Of a DNA stretch of 64,000 nt, positions 30,670-39,587 are shown piece after piece (positions within the stretch are counted from its first letter, which is position 1; each line of letters begins with the position of its first letter). Location of the stretch: NCBI GenBank assembly GCA_965226795.1, contig CBDDDZ010000005.1, positions 1,600,001-1,664,000 of the forward strand, written 5' to 3'. The position numbers were made by a program, and so were the translations under genes. This DNA is from Candidatus Latescibacterota bacterium. Its GTDB lineage: Bacteria; Latescibacterota; UBA2968; GCA-2709665. The notes under the pieces were generated by a model, which ran no database searches, was not told where the DNA came from, and saw nothing but the letters and a program-made list of their open reading frames with translations.

Positions 30670-30840
30670 TATTGTTCTGTCCCGGAAATAGTTCGCCGAA
30701 ATTCGGCCGTCGTTTCGACCGGCTCGCGAGGCGCCTAAGGTCGGCGAGCGAAGGCGCTTCGACATGCTCAGCGCAAGCAGCGCAGCAGAATGGCATGAAC
30801 CGGCGGATGAATGGTGACATATTTCTGGGACGGGACACTT
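30670..30840. mobile_element. MITE-like element, about 170 bp, inside Mo-enzyme operon
   Basis: TIRs TGTTCTGTCCCGGAAATA / TATTTCTGGGACGGGACA; internal TTCGACATGCTCAG; no transposase ORF. Confidence 0.72.
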
Positions 30841-30877
30841 TATTCACGTATGAGCGGGATATTAAAGCCACCTCGTC

Positions 30878-31747
30878 CTAATTAGCGCGTTCCACCGCAC
30901 CGCGGACCGCGCGGCGGGTCAATACCCCAGACAGGTGAATTCGTTGCTCAATGGTACCACGCATATCCGTAATGGGTCTGGCGGCTCGTCGGGCGATCTC
31001 GGCTGCCTCTTCGATCGTTTGATCCGTCACCTCGTTGCCTGCGAGAACCGCTCCCGCTTCGGGCAGGTAAAGAGGGGTGGGCGCCACTGCGCCCACGGCG
31101 ATCCTCGCGGACTCGAACGCGTTTTTTTCGGCGTTCAACACCACCGACGCCGCGGCGTTGACAACGGCGATATCCATTTCGTTCCGGGGAATAAACCGGA
31201 GGAAATAGGCCCCGGAGTTGGCTGCGGGCGGCGGAAAATGGACGGAAATCAGGAACTCGCCGTCCTGCAACACGGACTGCCCGGGTGCCGTGCAGAAGTC
31301 CTCCACAGCGACGTCTCGCGCACCGCCGGGACCGGCGATTTTCGCGGTGGCCCCCAGGACGATCAGCGTCGGAATGGTATCCGCCGCGGGGGACGCATTA
31401 CACAGGTTTCCGCCGATAGTGGCCCGGCCCTGTATCTGAATGGAACCGATGAGTGCGGTGGAATCCACGAGAGCCGGGTAATTTGACGCCACATCCTCGT
31501 TTTCGTAGATGTCGCAGCACGACACTCCGGCGCCGATCGTCAACCCCTGTTGAGAATCGAACGAGAGTTCGTTCGCCTCAGGTATCTTCTTGACGTCCAC
31601 CAGAACCTTCACCCGGCGTCGCCCCTCTTTCAACTGTGCAATAATGTCGGAACCGCCCGCCAACATCCTGGCATCCGAGCCGTTTTCCGAAAGCACTGCG
31701 ACGACTTCGTCGACGGTTTGAGGCGCTACGTAATCGAACGCTTGCAA
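30878..31747 (-). CDS. FAD-binding subunit (CoxM/XdhB-like)
   Basis: LAGGSD, ATIGGNLCNASPAAD, GAVAPTP, PITDMRGT. Confidence 0.95.
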   Translation of the reverse strand: MQAFDYVAPQTVDEVVAVLSENGSDARMLAGGSDIIAQLKEGRRRVKVLVDVKKIPEANELSFDSQQGLTIGAGVSCCDIYENEDVASNYPALVDSTALIGSIQIQGRATIGGNLCNASPAADTIPTLIVLGATAKIAGPGGARDVAVEDFCTAPGQSVLQDGEFLISVHFPPPAANSGAYFLRFIPRNEMDIAVVNAAASVVLNAEKNAFESARIAVGAVAPTPLYLPEAGAVLAGNEVTDQTIEEAAEIARRAARPITDMRGTIEQRIHLSGVLTRRAVRGAVERAN

Positions 31748-31824
31748 GGTTCGCTCCTCCTGTACAATGTTGGGGGATCGTCCAGCAGCTACGATACACC
31801 TGAATGGACTTGGGATTGCGCGTA

Positions 31825-31853
31825 AGAATAAGCTTTCGTCGGCGTGTTGTCAA
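31825..31853 (-). promoter_or_regulatory. Putative sigma70 promoter for Mo-enzyme operon
   Basis: TTGACA-17 nt-TATTCT. Confidence 0.6.
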
Positions 31854-31948
31854 GGGTTTTCGGGGTACCGTCCGCGGCCGCCTTCCCGCCTGCCCTTGCC
31901 GGAAAGGAACCCCATTTCCAGGCGCGATTCCATGTGATCCGTGACACA

Positions 31949-33031
31949 TCAATCCGCAGGGGTACCCGCTTTCGGGCGACTTGCACCTAGAATGGTATAT
32001 CCAAGACGGGACCCCAGCTCTTCTACCGCGTCGAACGACCGTTTCATCTGCTTGCGGTACATTCCGGGACGCATCGCTACAACCACGAATCTTCCCTCCG
32101 GTTCCAGCTGTCGGGTTGCACCGTGTGTAAACAGCCTGGCCGTAGCCGTACCCTGGTGGGTGGGCGCATTGCACAGGATGAGATCAAAGGACCGTCCTGA
32201 AGCGGCTTCGAAACCGTCGCTGAGGGCGACCCGGGCGTTCGTCAGCCGGCTGCGGGCGATGTTTCGCCTCGCGCATCGAACCGCCAGTAGGTCGGAATCC
32301 AGCAGCAGAACCTCGCGCGCCCGTTGCCCGGCGGCGATGCCGACCGCTCCGTATCCGCATCCCAGGTCCAGCACGCGATCCTGCGCCTTGACGTCGGCCG
32401 TTTCGATGAGAAATCGGGTGCCGGGGTCCAGACCGGCGCTGGAAAATACGCCTGCACACGACTCAAATTCGCTGGCTGATCCGCAAAGGTCGTTCACGAC
32501 AAAGGAATGCACCGGGTTTACGGGATCCACGCCCGACTCGGGGCGCCGCTTGTAGGACCGATAGATCCGAAAGCCCGATTTTGCCGTCACCTTCTCAACA
32601 CAGCCGAAAACCGCCTTCAACCGGTTCCGATAGCTCTTCACACCGGCATCCAGCCGTCCCGCCAGCAGCAACCGACCGTGAATCGCGGTTTTGTGAAACG
32701 CTGCGTCGATCAGTTGGAACACACGCGCCTTGGCCTCCCACCGGGCGGGAGCGTAAAACCCGACGTCGAAACACGGACCGGTGACGTCCGCGGGCGAGGT
32801 CTCGAGCCAGGCGCACGCATTGCCCAATGCCCTGCGCCGGATCATGTTTTCACATCGTCTCACGGCGCGCAGATCGGGACTCACGAAGTGGATCCCGCCG
32901 GCACTCAGGTCAAGACCTACGGGAAGCCCGGCCATTCCGAGGTCCAGAACACGTTCGTGTGTCTGGACGGCCGCGGCCGCCAGCAACGCAGACGCTTCCC
33001 GACCCCGGGGTTTGCGCGATCTTCCGCTCAG
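31949..33031 (-). CDS. Class I SAM methyltransferase, RsmC/RlmG-like
   Basis: GVFSSAGLDPGTRFL, VLDLGCGYG, FDLILCNAPTH; duplicated domain; start uncertain (CTG 33031 or TTG 32986). Confidence 0.8.
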   Translation of the reverse strand: MSGRSRKPRGREASALLAAAAVQTHERVLDLGMAGLPVGLDLSAGGIHFVSPDLRAVRRCENMIRRRALGNACAWLETSPADVTGPCFDVGFYAPARWEAKARVFQLIDAAFHKTAIHGRLLLAGRLDAGVKSYRNRLKAVFGCVEKVTAKSGFRIYRSYKRRPESGVDPVNPVHSFVVNDLCGSASEFESCAGVFSSAGLDPGTRFLIETADVKAQDRVLDLGCGYGAVGIAAGQRAREVLLLDSDLLAVRCARRNIARSRLTNARVALSDGFEAASGRSFDLILCNAPTHQGTATARLFTHGATRQLEPEGRFVVVAMRPGMYRKQMKRSFDAVEELGSRLGYTILGASRPKAGTPAD

Positions 33032-33384
33032 TCATTCCCTCCGTATTCGCTACACGACCTGAAATGGTGTCAGCCCCTGGCTATTGGCGGACAGACCGCC
33101 AATCCAATCCTCAGCAAGGACGCAAAACGCGAAAAACGTCCAGAAGCGATCCGTGGCCGGGTCGTCCTCTTGCGTTATGCCCCTCACCTCTCGCCAGAGG
33201 GGAGATGGGTATTGCGAGTTTCCTGGATACAGGTCCCTCACCGCTGTGCAGCGTCACCCCGCTGTGAAACGAACCGTTTTCACCTTCTTGGGTCCCTCGG
33301 ACCGGTGTTCTGACGACCTGACAACAATCGGTGGACCATTTATAGTTAGGCCAGACCGTCCAGATTGATACAGAGGAGGAAAGC

Positions 33385-33693
33385 CAATTACATAAGGGGA
33401 TCGGCCGATTGCGGGCGGGTCGGAAACAGCGAGAATTTCATGAGTGGGTCGAAGGGCACCTGAGCCTGCGATTCACAGGACGAATTCTGGACATCGATCG
33501 GGAAGTTTCCGTCCGATAGGGCGAGATTTCGACAGCGGGCGAAGCAGCCGGGCGGGCTGTGCCCGTGCTCCACGGTTTGCTGGAAGCGACCGCCATGATT
33601 TCAGGTCTGACACTCGTGACGCGAAACACGGACCACGTTCAGGAAACCGGCGTTCCTCTGTTCAATCACTGCCAGACGATTAACCTTCATTAG
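33385..33693 (+). pseudogene. VapC (PIN) toxin remnant
   Basis: Manual translation: ...FHEWVEGHLSLRFTGRILDIDREVSVR*GE...LLEATAMISGLTLVTRNTDHVQETGVPLFN; N-terminus missing; TAG at 33517. Confidence 0.8.
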
Positions 33694-33707
33694 TTTAGGC
33701 GACGATG

Positions 33708-34526
33708 TCACCCGCTGCGCTTCAGACGACCGGTCCGTTTGGCGTAGACCTCTGCAACATGAAAAATCCACAATCCCAGAGGGACCATGATTGCGCCTGA
33801 AACCGTTAGGATTATGAGGTCACCCTGCACATCGGCAACACTCGCGTTGTCCAACAGGGCCGTGCGGATGGATCGGAGTGCATAGGTCCCGGGCGAAACG
33901 GTCGATAGCGGCCGCAGCCAATCGGGAAGTACCGAAACATCGTAGTACACCCCGGAAATCAGGAGCACGAATGTGCCGAAAATATCGGTAGCCCGCGCGC
34001 CTTTCTCCGGTGAAAGAAGCGGAAATACGGCCGCCATAAGCCCCATCCCCAGGAATGAGATACTGGCCGTGGCCAGGACGGCAACCGCCGTGGTCAGATT
34101 CGCCTGTGAAAGGCTCAGATCGAAAAAAAACACCGCTGAAACGAGAACCACACCGGATCTGAGAAAGCCGTAAATGATCGCGTACACGCATTGACCCGCA
34201 AGGTGTGTCAGCCTGTAGACAGGTGCCATAAATGTGTATTCGATGGTCCCTTCCCAACGCTCCCATGCGATGGCGTCGGCCACTTCATAGAAAAGCAGGC
34301 GAAGAAAATTCCAAAGCACCGCACCTACGATAAGGAAAAGCACCGCCTCCCGCACTTTTTCCGGGTCGTTTCCGCCCATATATACACCGATTAACCCGAT
34401 GGTCAGCGCATGCACCACGTTCCAGACAACGAATATCAGTTCCCAGCTTGCATACCGCCTCGCCAGATTGAAATTCCGCTCTATAAACGCTACCGACGCC
34501 TTGATCTCGGCGGTCACCGAGTTCAT
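33708..34526 (-). CDS. ABC-2 type permease
   Basis: ERWEGTIEYTFMAP, SGVYY....LPDWL, six TMs. Confidence 0.9.
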   Translation of the reverse strand: MNSVTAEIKASVAFIERNFNLARRYASWELIFVVWNVVHALTIGLIGVYMGGNDPEKVREAVLFLIVGAVLWNFLRLLFYEVADAIAWERWEGTIEYTFMAPVYRLTHLAGQCVYAIIYGFLRSGVVLVSAVFFFDLSLSQANLTTAVAVLATASISFLGMGLMAAVFPLLSPEKGARATDIFGTFVLLISGVYYDVSVLPDWLRPLSTVSPGTYALRSIRTALLDNASVADVQGDLIILTVSGAIMVPLGLWIFHVAEVYAKRTGRLKRSG

Positions 34527-35425
34527 TCTCCGTCTCCTTCCGTTTCGTCCTCCAGATCGGCATGGGCAAGATCCATTCCCGTCATCTTGAAAAACACATC
34601 CTCCAGACTGCCCCCCACGCAGCAGGCGCGGACCTTCAGTTCTTCGACGGTGCCCATGGCGATAAGCCTGCCATGGTGGATAATCGAAACCCGGTTGCAC
34701 ACCCGTTCCGCCTCGTCCATGTCGTGGGTCGATAACAAAACCGTCGCTTCATGGCGTTCGCGAATCCCCATGACATAATCCTGCACCTGGCGCTTTGATA
34801 CCGGGTCCAATCCCGTCGTCGGCTCGTCCATCAGCAGTAGAACGGGCGACGTAAAAAGCGCTCGGGCCACTGCCACCTTCTGTTGCATTCCGCGAGAAAG
34901 GTCCTCCATAGGCTGGTCGACCCGGTCGTCTCCGAAACCCATTTCCGCCAGGATCGCCTCGGCCTTCCTGCGCCCCTCGCGCACCGGAACTCCGTACAAC
35001 CTGGCCGCGTAACTCAGGTTCTCCCACGCCGAGAGTTTCTTGAAAAAGGCCGCGTCCACGGACACCCGGTTTATGAGACGCTTCACCCGCATCGCATCCC
35101 GTTCGACGTGCAGCCCGAAAACGCGCGCCTCGCCGCTGTCGGGATAGACCAGGGTCGAGAGGATACGAATCAGTGTCGACTTTCCCGAGCCGTTCGGACC
35201 CAGAATACCGAAAATCTCCCCGCGTTGCACTTCAAACCCAACCCGGTCAACCGCCAGAATCTCCCTGCGACGGCGCCTGAAGCGGCCCAGGAATCCGTTC
35301 GTTCTGCCCGTCTCGTTGTCGGGCACCCGGAAGGCCTTGGTCAGATCCGTCGCCTGAACCGCAGGCGCGTCATAATCGATATCCAACGCGACTAGCCCTT
35401 TCCCAGCAGCGGCCGGAGTCCACAC
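34523..35425 (-). CDS. ABC transporter ATP-binding protein
   Basis: GPNGSGKS, LSRGMQQK, MDEPTTGLD; start uncertain. Confidence 0.92.
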   Translation of the reverse strand: MWTPAAAGKGLVALDIDYDAPAVQATDLTKAFRVPDNETGRTNGFLGRFRRRRREILAVDRVGFEVQRGEIFGILGPNGSGKSTLIRILSTLVYPDSGEARVFGLHVERDAMRVKRLINRVSVDAAFFKKLSAWENLSYAARLYGVPVREGRRKAEAILAEMGFGDDRVDQPMEDLSRGMQQKVAVARALFTSPVLLLMDEPTTGLDPVSKRQVQDYVMGIRERHEATVLLSTHDMDEAERVCNRVSIIHHGRLIAMGTVEELKVRACCVGGSLEDVFFKMTGMDLAHADLEDETEGDGE

Positions 35426-35753
35426 CCCAATTCTCCAACGCCGAACGGAGCCTGAATCGGATTTCTCCGGTTTCTACGGTGTCGACAGATGAGGAACAAT
35501 GCAGCCGCCGTGAATTTAAGGTTGGAAACAAATAAGGATGCGCCCTCACGCATCCTGGTAAGTACCGGCGTTACGTCATCCGTAACATCCGAACCGCTCC
35601 ATGTACGCCCTCAGAATCCCATATTTTTTTTGTAGGCATCGCCTTCTCCGGCGGGGAACGCCAATTGCCCCCCGGTCGACGACGCACGGCGGACACCCCG
35701 ACACGCAGGTGATATACCCATCCGTACGCCGACCCGGCAACGCACTTGCGCGC

Positions 35754-36191
35754 TCAGCGTCCTTTCTGCCCATCGTAGGAATTCTGTTCCGTGACTTCCG
35801 TTGATACCGGCAATCCCGAATCTCGCCATCCGGAAATCTCCACCATCCCTGTTCCGGGATTAACCTTACCCCCGAAGCCTCCGACAACATTTGCAACATT
35901 CGTGTACCCGGCCTTATCCAGCATCTCAGCCGCGTATTGTGAACGGATACCCGACTGGCAGCCACAGTAGATTCTTGTCTCCCTGTTCAGCACGCGTTCC
36001 ACCACGGCCTGAAAATCCGGGTTGGGCATCATGCCACCGGCCGGACTTTGAAAAGCCACCGGAATATTGATTGCGCCCTCGGGGTGCCCATGGGCGAATT
36101 CCGACTCCGTCCGCACATCGAGATAAACCGCATCTGCGTCGCCGTCCATTCCCGCGTGCGCATCAGCGGGCAATAGCTGCTCAATTGGCAT
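35754..36191 (-). CDS. Rhodanese-like protein
   Basis: LDVRTESEFAHGHPEGAINIP, CQSGIRS, GWRDSGLP. Confidence 0.9.
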   Translation of the reverse strand: MPIEQLLPADAHAGMDGDADAVYLDVRTESEFAHGHPEGAINIPVAFQSPAGGMMPNPDFQAVVERVLNRETRIYCGCQSGIRSQYAAEMLDKAGYTNVANVVGGFGGKVNPGTGMVEISGWRDSGLPVSTEVTEQNSYDGQKGR

Positions 36192-36340
36192 ATATGAACC
36201 CTCCCGCAATCCTCGTCTAGGGCCGCACCCAGGGCGCCCGATCAAAGCCGTCGTGGCGCTCGGACGCGCCTCACGATCCTGTGGGTTTCGGCTACGTCAA
36301 ATATAGGCCGTTCTACCCCGTACCGCAAGTATCTCCAGCC

Positions 36341-38248
36341 TTAACCGTCGAAATCCCGGAGGTCCACCTGGCAGACCTCGAATCCGGCGGCATAATACAG
36401 CGTGCGGTCTACGATGCGTAAGTATTCTCCCTCACCCTCGATCAACGGCGTGAATTCAACCTCGTGATCGAACACCTGCATCCGACCGATCTTTCCACAG
36501 GCGCACGTCCACAACCGGCCTGTTGCCTCATCCGTAGCCACCTCCCGGCAACCCCGCGGCGCCGGACCCAAATCGCGCAGACCGCCCGTTTGGGCATTCC
36601 ACGCGTAGAAGCGGGTCCGCTGGAGCGCAAGCACCTCACCCGACGACAGGACGGCCATCACCCGGGCAGCGCCTTCCCCTTCTTCAATGGCCTGGGTACG
36701 GGTGACTTCCAGCCTGTCCATATCGAATGCCACGAGCTGTCCGGTCGTCTGCGTGGGCGGCGCGGAGTTCGCATCGGCATAGATTTCAGTTGAACAGTAG
36801 ACCCGACGTCGCTGCGTGTCGGCCACCACGGCATTAACTTTCTGATCCGGCACCAGATGTCGCCAGATACGGATATCACCGGTCCGCGGATCGATCCGGC
36901 TGAGGGCGCCGCCCAGATGCCCATACTCCGGACTGGTGGACATCCAGACGTACCTCCCGTCGTGCACGAGCCCCGTGGGTCTCATCTGTCCTTCCTGTTG
37001 CGCGCTGGCCAGTACATGCGGGTTGCGAGGCCAGTCCAAAGGCGCCGCGGGATCGAAGGCGGTTACCGACGACGTCGTATAGCTGCTCTGAAGCACACGC
37101 TGCGTGATCGGCTCCCAGATGATCTGGTTGATCTGCCCCCCGCCCGGCGCCGCACGTCCGCAGTCCCTTCCTTCTTCCGTTTCCATGTCGATCATCCAGA
37201 AGCGCTGGTTGATGAACGGTGCGCCGAAAATCAGATTCCTTTGGGGAACGGGACAAAGCGCGTGCGCGCTCATCGGCCCTGTTGATTCCAGGTCCATCCG
37301 GTCCGTATGTCCCGTCCGTGTATCGAATCGCAGCGCTTCGCCGGATACGGTGACGCCGGACACCGTGGTTTCGCCCCACGGATGTAATGTTGTCGGTCCA
37401 CCCTCCGACCAACCCGCCGCCGCGACCTCCCATTTTTCCGCCTCGCGATCCAGCGCGTAAAGGCCCCCATCAGCAGCGCAGTACGCATAAAGACGGCCGT
37501 TCACAACACAGGCGCCTCCACCCAGACCCCCATGCTCGGGACGCGCGATCCTCTGTTTCAATCTAAAGCCCGGATACGCCATAAAATGGAGTTCGCCCCG
37601 CACAAAGGTCGCAAATGTCCTGTCGTCCCAGAAAAAAGCATCGGCCGTGGAACCCACGCCCTGGATGTTTTCAGGGGTGTGGGACCTTGCCGACATGGAC
37701 TCCACGTCCAGCAAAACCAGCCGCGCCTGCGGCACGTCGATTGCCAGAAGGACCCGACCGTCGGGGGCTTCCACCACACGATGGCCATAGAGCGCGGTCG
37801 GGTATTCGGTGTCGATGGGCCGAAAGACTTTCACCAGCCGCGACTCACGCCAGTCGTACACGCCCACGTGCCCGGGCGATGCCTCCCAGACCGCATACCG
37901 GTCCGTCACACAGCCGCCCCAAGTAATGGACGTCAGTTCGCCGGTTACCAGAATTTCAAAGCCATCGGAAACCGGATCGTACCGAATCAGATCCCCGTTC
38001 CCGCAGCCCAGATAGAGGCGGCCGTCGGCCGCGGTTCTCAACATGTATGCGCCCGGCACCCCATCGGGAAATTCCCGCATTCCCGTCGATCCGGTGTCCG
38101 GATTCCAGAAATAGATTCTTCCGCCCGAGCTTCCACCCCAGACGCTGCTCACCAGATGGACCTCTCCGAGAAACTGAACTCTTGCGACCTCGGCGTTAAC
38201 AAATGGCAAACGGCTATGGGGAATAGCATAGCGTTTAATGGAAGCCAT
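36341..38248 (-). CDS. Hypothetical beta-propeller protein
   Basis: 635 aa, beta-rich repeats (YDP..G, FDP, IDPRTG); GGAGG RBS. Confidence 0.65.
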   Translation of the reverse strand: MASIKRYAIPHSRLPFVNAEVARVQFLGEVHLVSSVWGGSSGGRIYFWNPDTGSTGMREFPDGVPGAYMLRTAADGRLYLGCGNGDLIRYDPVSDGFEILVTGELTSITWGGCVTDRYAVWEASPGHVGVYDWRESRLVKVFRPIDTEYPTALYGHRVVEAPDGRVLLAIDVPQARLVLLDVESMSARSHTPENIQGVGSTADAFFWDDRTFATFVRGELHFMAYPGFRLKQRIARPEHGGLGGGACVVNGRLYAYCAADGGLYALDREAEKWEVAAAGWSEGGPTTLHPWGETTVSGVTVSGEALRFDTRTGHTDRMDLESTGPMSAHALCPVPQRNLIFGAPFINQRFWMIDMETEEGRDCGRAAPGGGQINQIIWEPITQRVLQSSYTTSSVTAFDPAAPLDWPRNPHVLASAQQEGQMRPTGLVHDGRYVWMSTSPEYGHLGGALSRIDPRTGDIRIWRHLVPDQKVNAVVADTQRRRVYCSTEIYADANSAPPTQTTGQLVAFDMDRLEVTRTQAIEEGEGAARVMAVLSSGEVLALQRTRFYAWNAQTGGLRDLGPAPRGCREVATDEATGRLWTCACGKIGRMQVFDHEVEFTPLIEGEGEYLRIVDRTLYYAAGFEVCQVDLRDFDG

Positions 38249-38373
38249 CACCCCTCCGATCAATCATAAGACGTTGGTTGTAGCCTGCGAAAAATATCCC
38301 GAATTACGAGCAAAAAAAATTTGATCTCTGTAACCGACTGTGGTGTAATCTTCTAAAGGTTTTCCTTCTTGTG

Positions 38374-38991
38374 CTATTCGATATGCCTCCGCACTTCGAT
38401 GACCTTTCCCAGGATGGAAAACGGATCTCCATCTTCGCGGGGGATGATGGATTCGAAGGCTTCATTCTCGGGGCGCAGTTCGATACGCCCGCCTCTCTCG
38501 CGGTATCGTTTGACCGTCGCCTCCTCTCCCACCATGGCGACGACGATGTCTCCCGACCTGGCAGCCTGCTGTCGACGAACAATTACGATATCGCCGTGCA
38601 GGATGCCTGCCCTGAGCATACTGTCTCCCTGTACCGTGAGGGCGAAGAGTTCGCTGCCTTCGTAGCGGGACTGTTGCACCGGAAGATAGTCTTCCGGATT
38701 CTGTATGGCTGCAGACAGGTCTCCGGCCTGGACCCGGCCCAACACGGGGATCAGATGAGAGGATGGCACTCTCCCCATCTTCGGCAGCCGGTGGGACCTG
38801 GCCTTACCGGAATCCTTGACCAGCCTGCCCTCCAGAACCAGCGCCTCCAGATGCTGGCGAGCCGACTGAACCGCCCGGAATCCGAACGCTTTCTGCACCT
38901 CCCGCGTGCTGGGCGGGGTTCCATTGAGGATCCGCACCCTGACGAACTCATAGATCTTTTCCCGCGTCTGTCCGGGCGGCGTGTAAGCCAT
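38374..38991 (-). CDS. lexA: LexA repressor
   Basis: PPSTREV wHTH, VQAG cleavage site, GDSM serine, ATVKR lysine. Confidence 0.95.
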   Translation of the reverse strand: MAYTPPGQTREKIYEFVRVRILNGTPPSTREVQKAFGFRAVQSARQHLEALVLEGRLVKDSGKARSHRLPKMGRVPSSHLIPVLGRVQAGDLSAAIQNPEDYLPVQQSRYEGSELFALTVQGDSMLRAGILHGDIVIVRRQQAARSGDIVVAMVGEEATVKRYRERGGRIELRPENEAFESIIPREDGDPFSILGKVIEVRRHIE

Positions 38992-39055
38992 GGCGCGCTC
39001 CTCGAATCGTTCAACAATAGAGAAACGGCGTACAAGGAAAAATCATAGATAAAAA

Positions 39056-39079
39056 ACAGACAAATATCTGTCTTGTCAA
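39056..39079 (-). promoter_or_regulatory. lexA -35 (TTGACA) with adjacent palindromic candidate operator
   Basis: Minus strand TTGACA-AGACAGATATTTGTCTGT; dyads AGACA-N6-TGTCT and ACAGA-N6-TCTGT. Confidence 0.55.
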
Positions 39080-39149
39080 GGTTTTTCTGCGAGCGGGTAT
39101 ACGCGTGTGTGTCCTTCGGCGTGCTTGGAAAGATCGCGTTCTCCTTGCC

Positions 39150-39176
39150 GTGCCACAAACTGGCAGTTTGTGGCAC
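39150..39176. repeat. Perfect 13-bp-arm palindrome (REP-like)
   Basis: GTGCCACAAACTG-G-CAGTTTGTGGCAC. Confidence 0.7.
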
Positions 39177-39339
39177 AACCCCATCTTTGATTGTGTACCG
39201 GGCGCCGCGGCGGCGGTGGCGTTCCCGTTGATCGACGTATGGACGGGCAGGTTCCGTCCATTCCACCAGTCCATCTTCTCTGATGTTCACATTTCCAGGG
39301 TCAGTAAATAGCTGAAATTATATGGACAGATCTTCACGC

Positions 39340-39376
39340 AACAAGGGTTTACATCAAATCGACGTAAACCCTTGTT
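39340..39376 (-). terminator. Hairpin downstream of tRNA-Pro(CGG)
   Basis: AACAAGGGTTTAC...GTAAACCCTTGTT, 13-bp stem. Confidence 0.55.
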
Positions 39377-39382
39377 TTATAA

Positions 39383-39459
39383 TGGTCGGGGCGCCCGGAT
39401 TCGAACCGGGGGCCTCCTGCTCCCGAAGCAGGCGCTCTACCGGGCTGAGCCACGCCCCG
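39383..39459 (-). tRNA. tRNA-Pro(CGG)
   Basis: CGGGGCGTGGCTCAGCCCGGTAGAGCG-CCTGC-TTCGGGA-GCAGG...GGTTCGAATCCGGGCGCCCCGACCA. Confidence 0.97.
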
Positions 39460-39587
39460 AATTCGACATTTAAAATACAAGAAAACGGTCCGGTGGCAAG
39501 GAAAAACTCCGAAACGACCGGGTAGCCGACAGTGTAAAATCGCCGACCGCGCTACCACAAGGGCAACCATACGGGTTGCCCTACAGT

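Noticed and set aside
25524..31747. Aerobic CO dehydrogenase (coxMSL)
   Set aside because: Active-site loop is AYRAPG; no coxDEFG.
33517..33519. Pyrrolysine or amber readthrough in VapC
   Set aside because: Gene is also truncated and mutated at a conserved Asp; a TGG>TAG nonsense change is simpler.
35430..35750. Riboswitch upstream of the ABC-2 operon
   Set aside because: Only short hairpins (GGATGCG..CGCATCC, GTTACG..CGTAAC); no recognisable aptamer.
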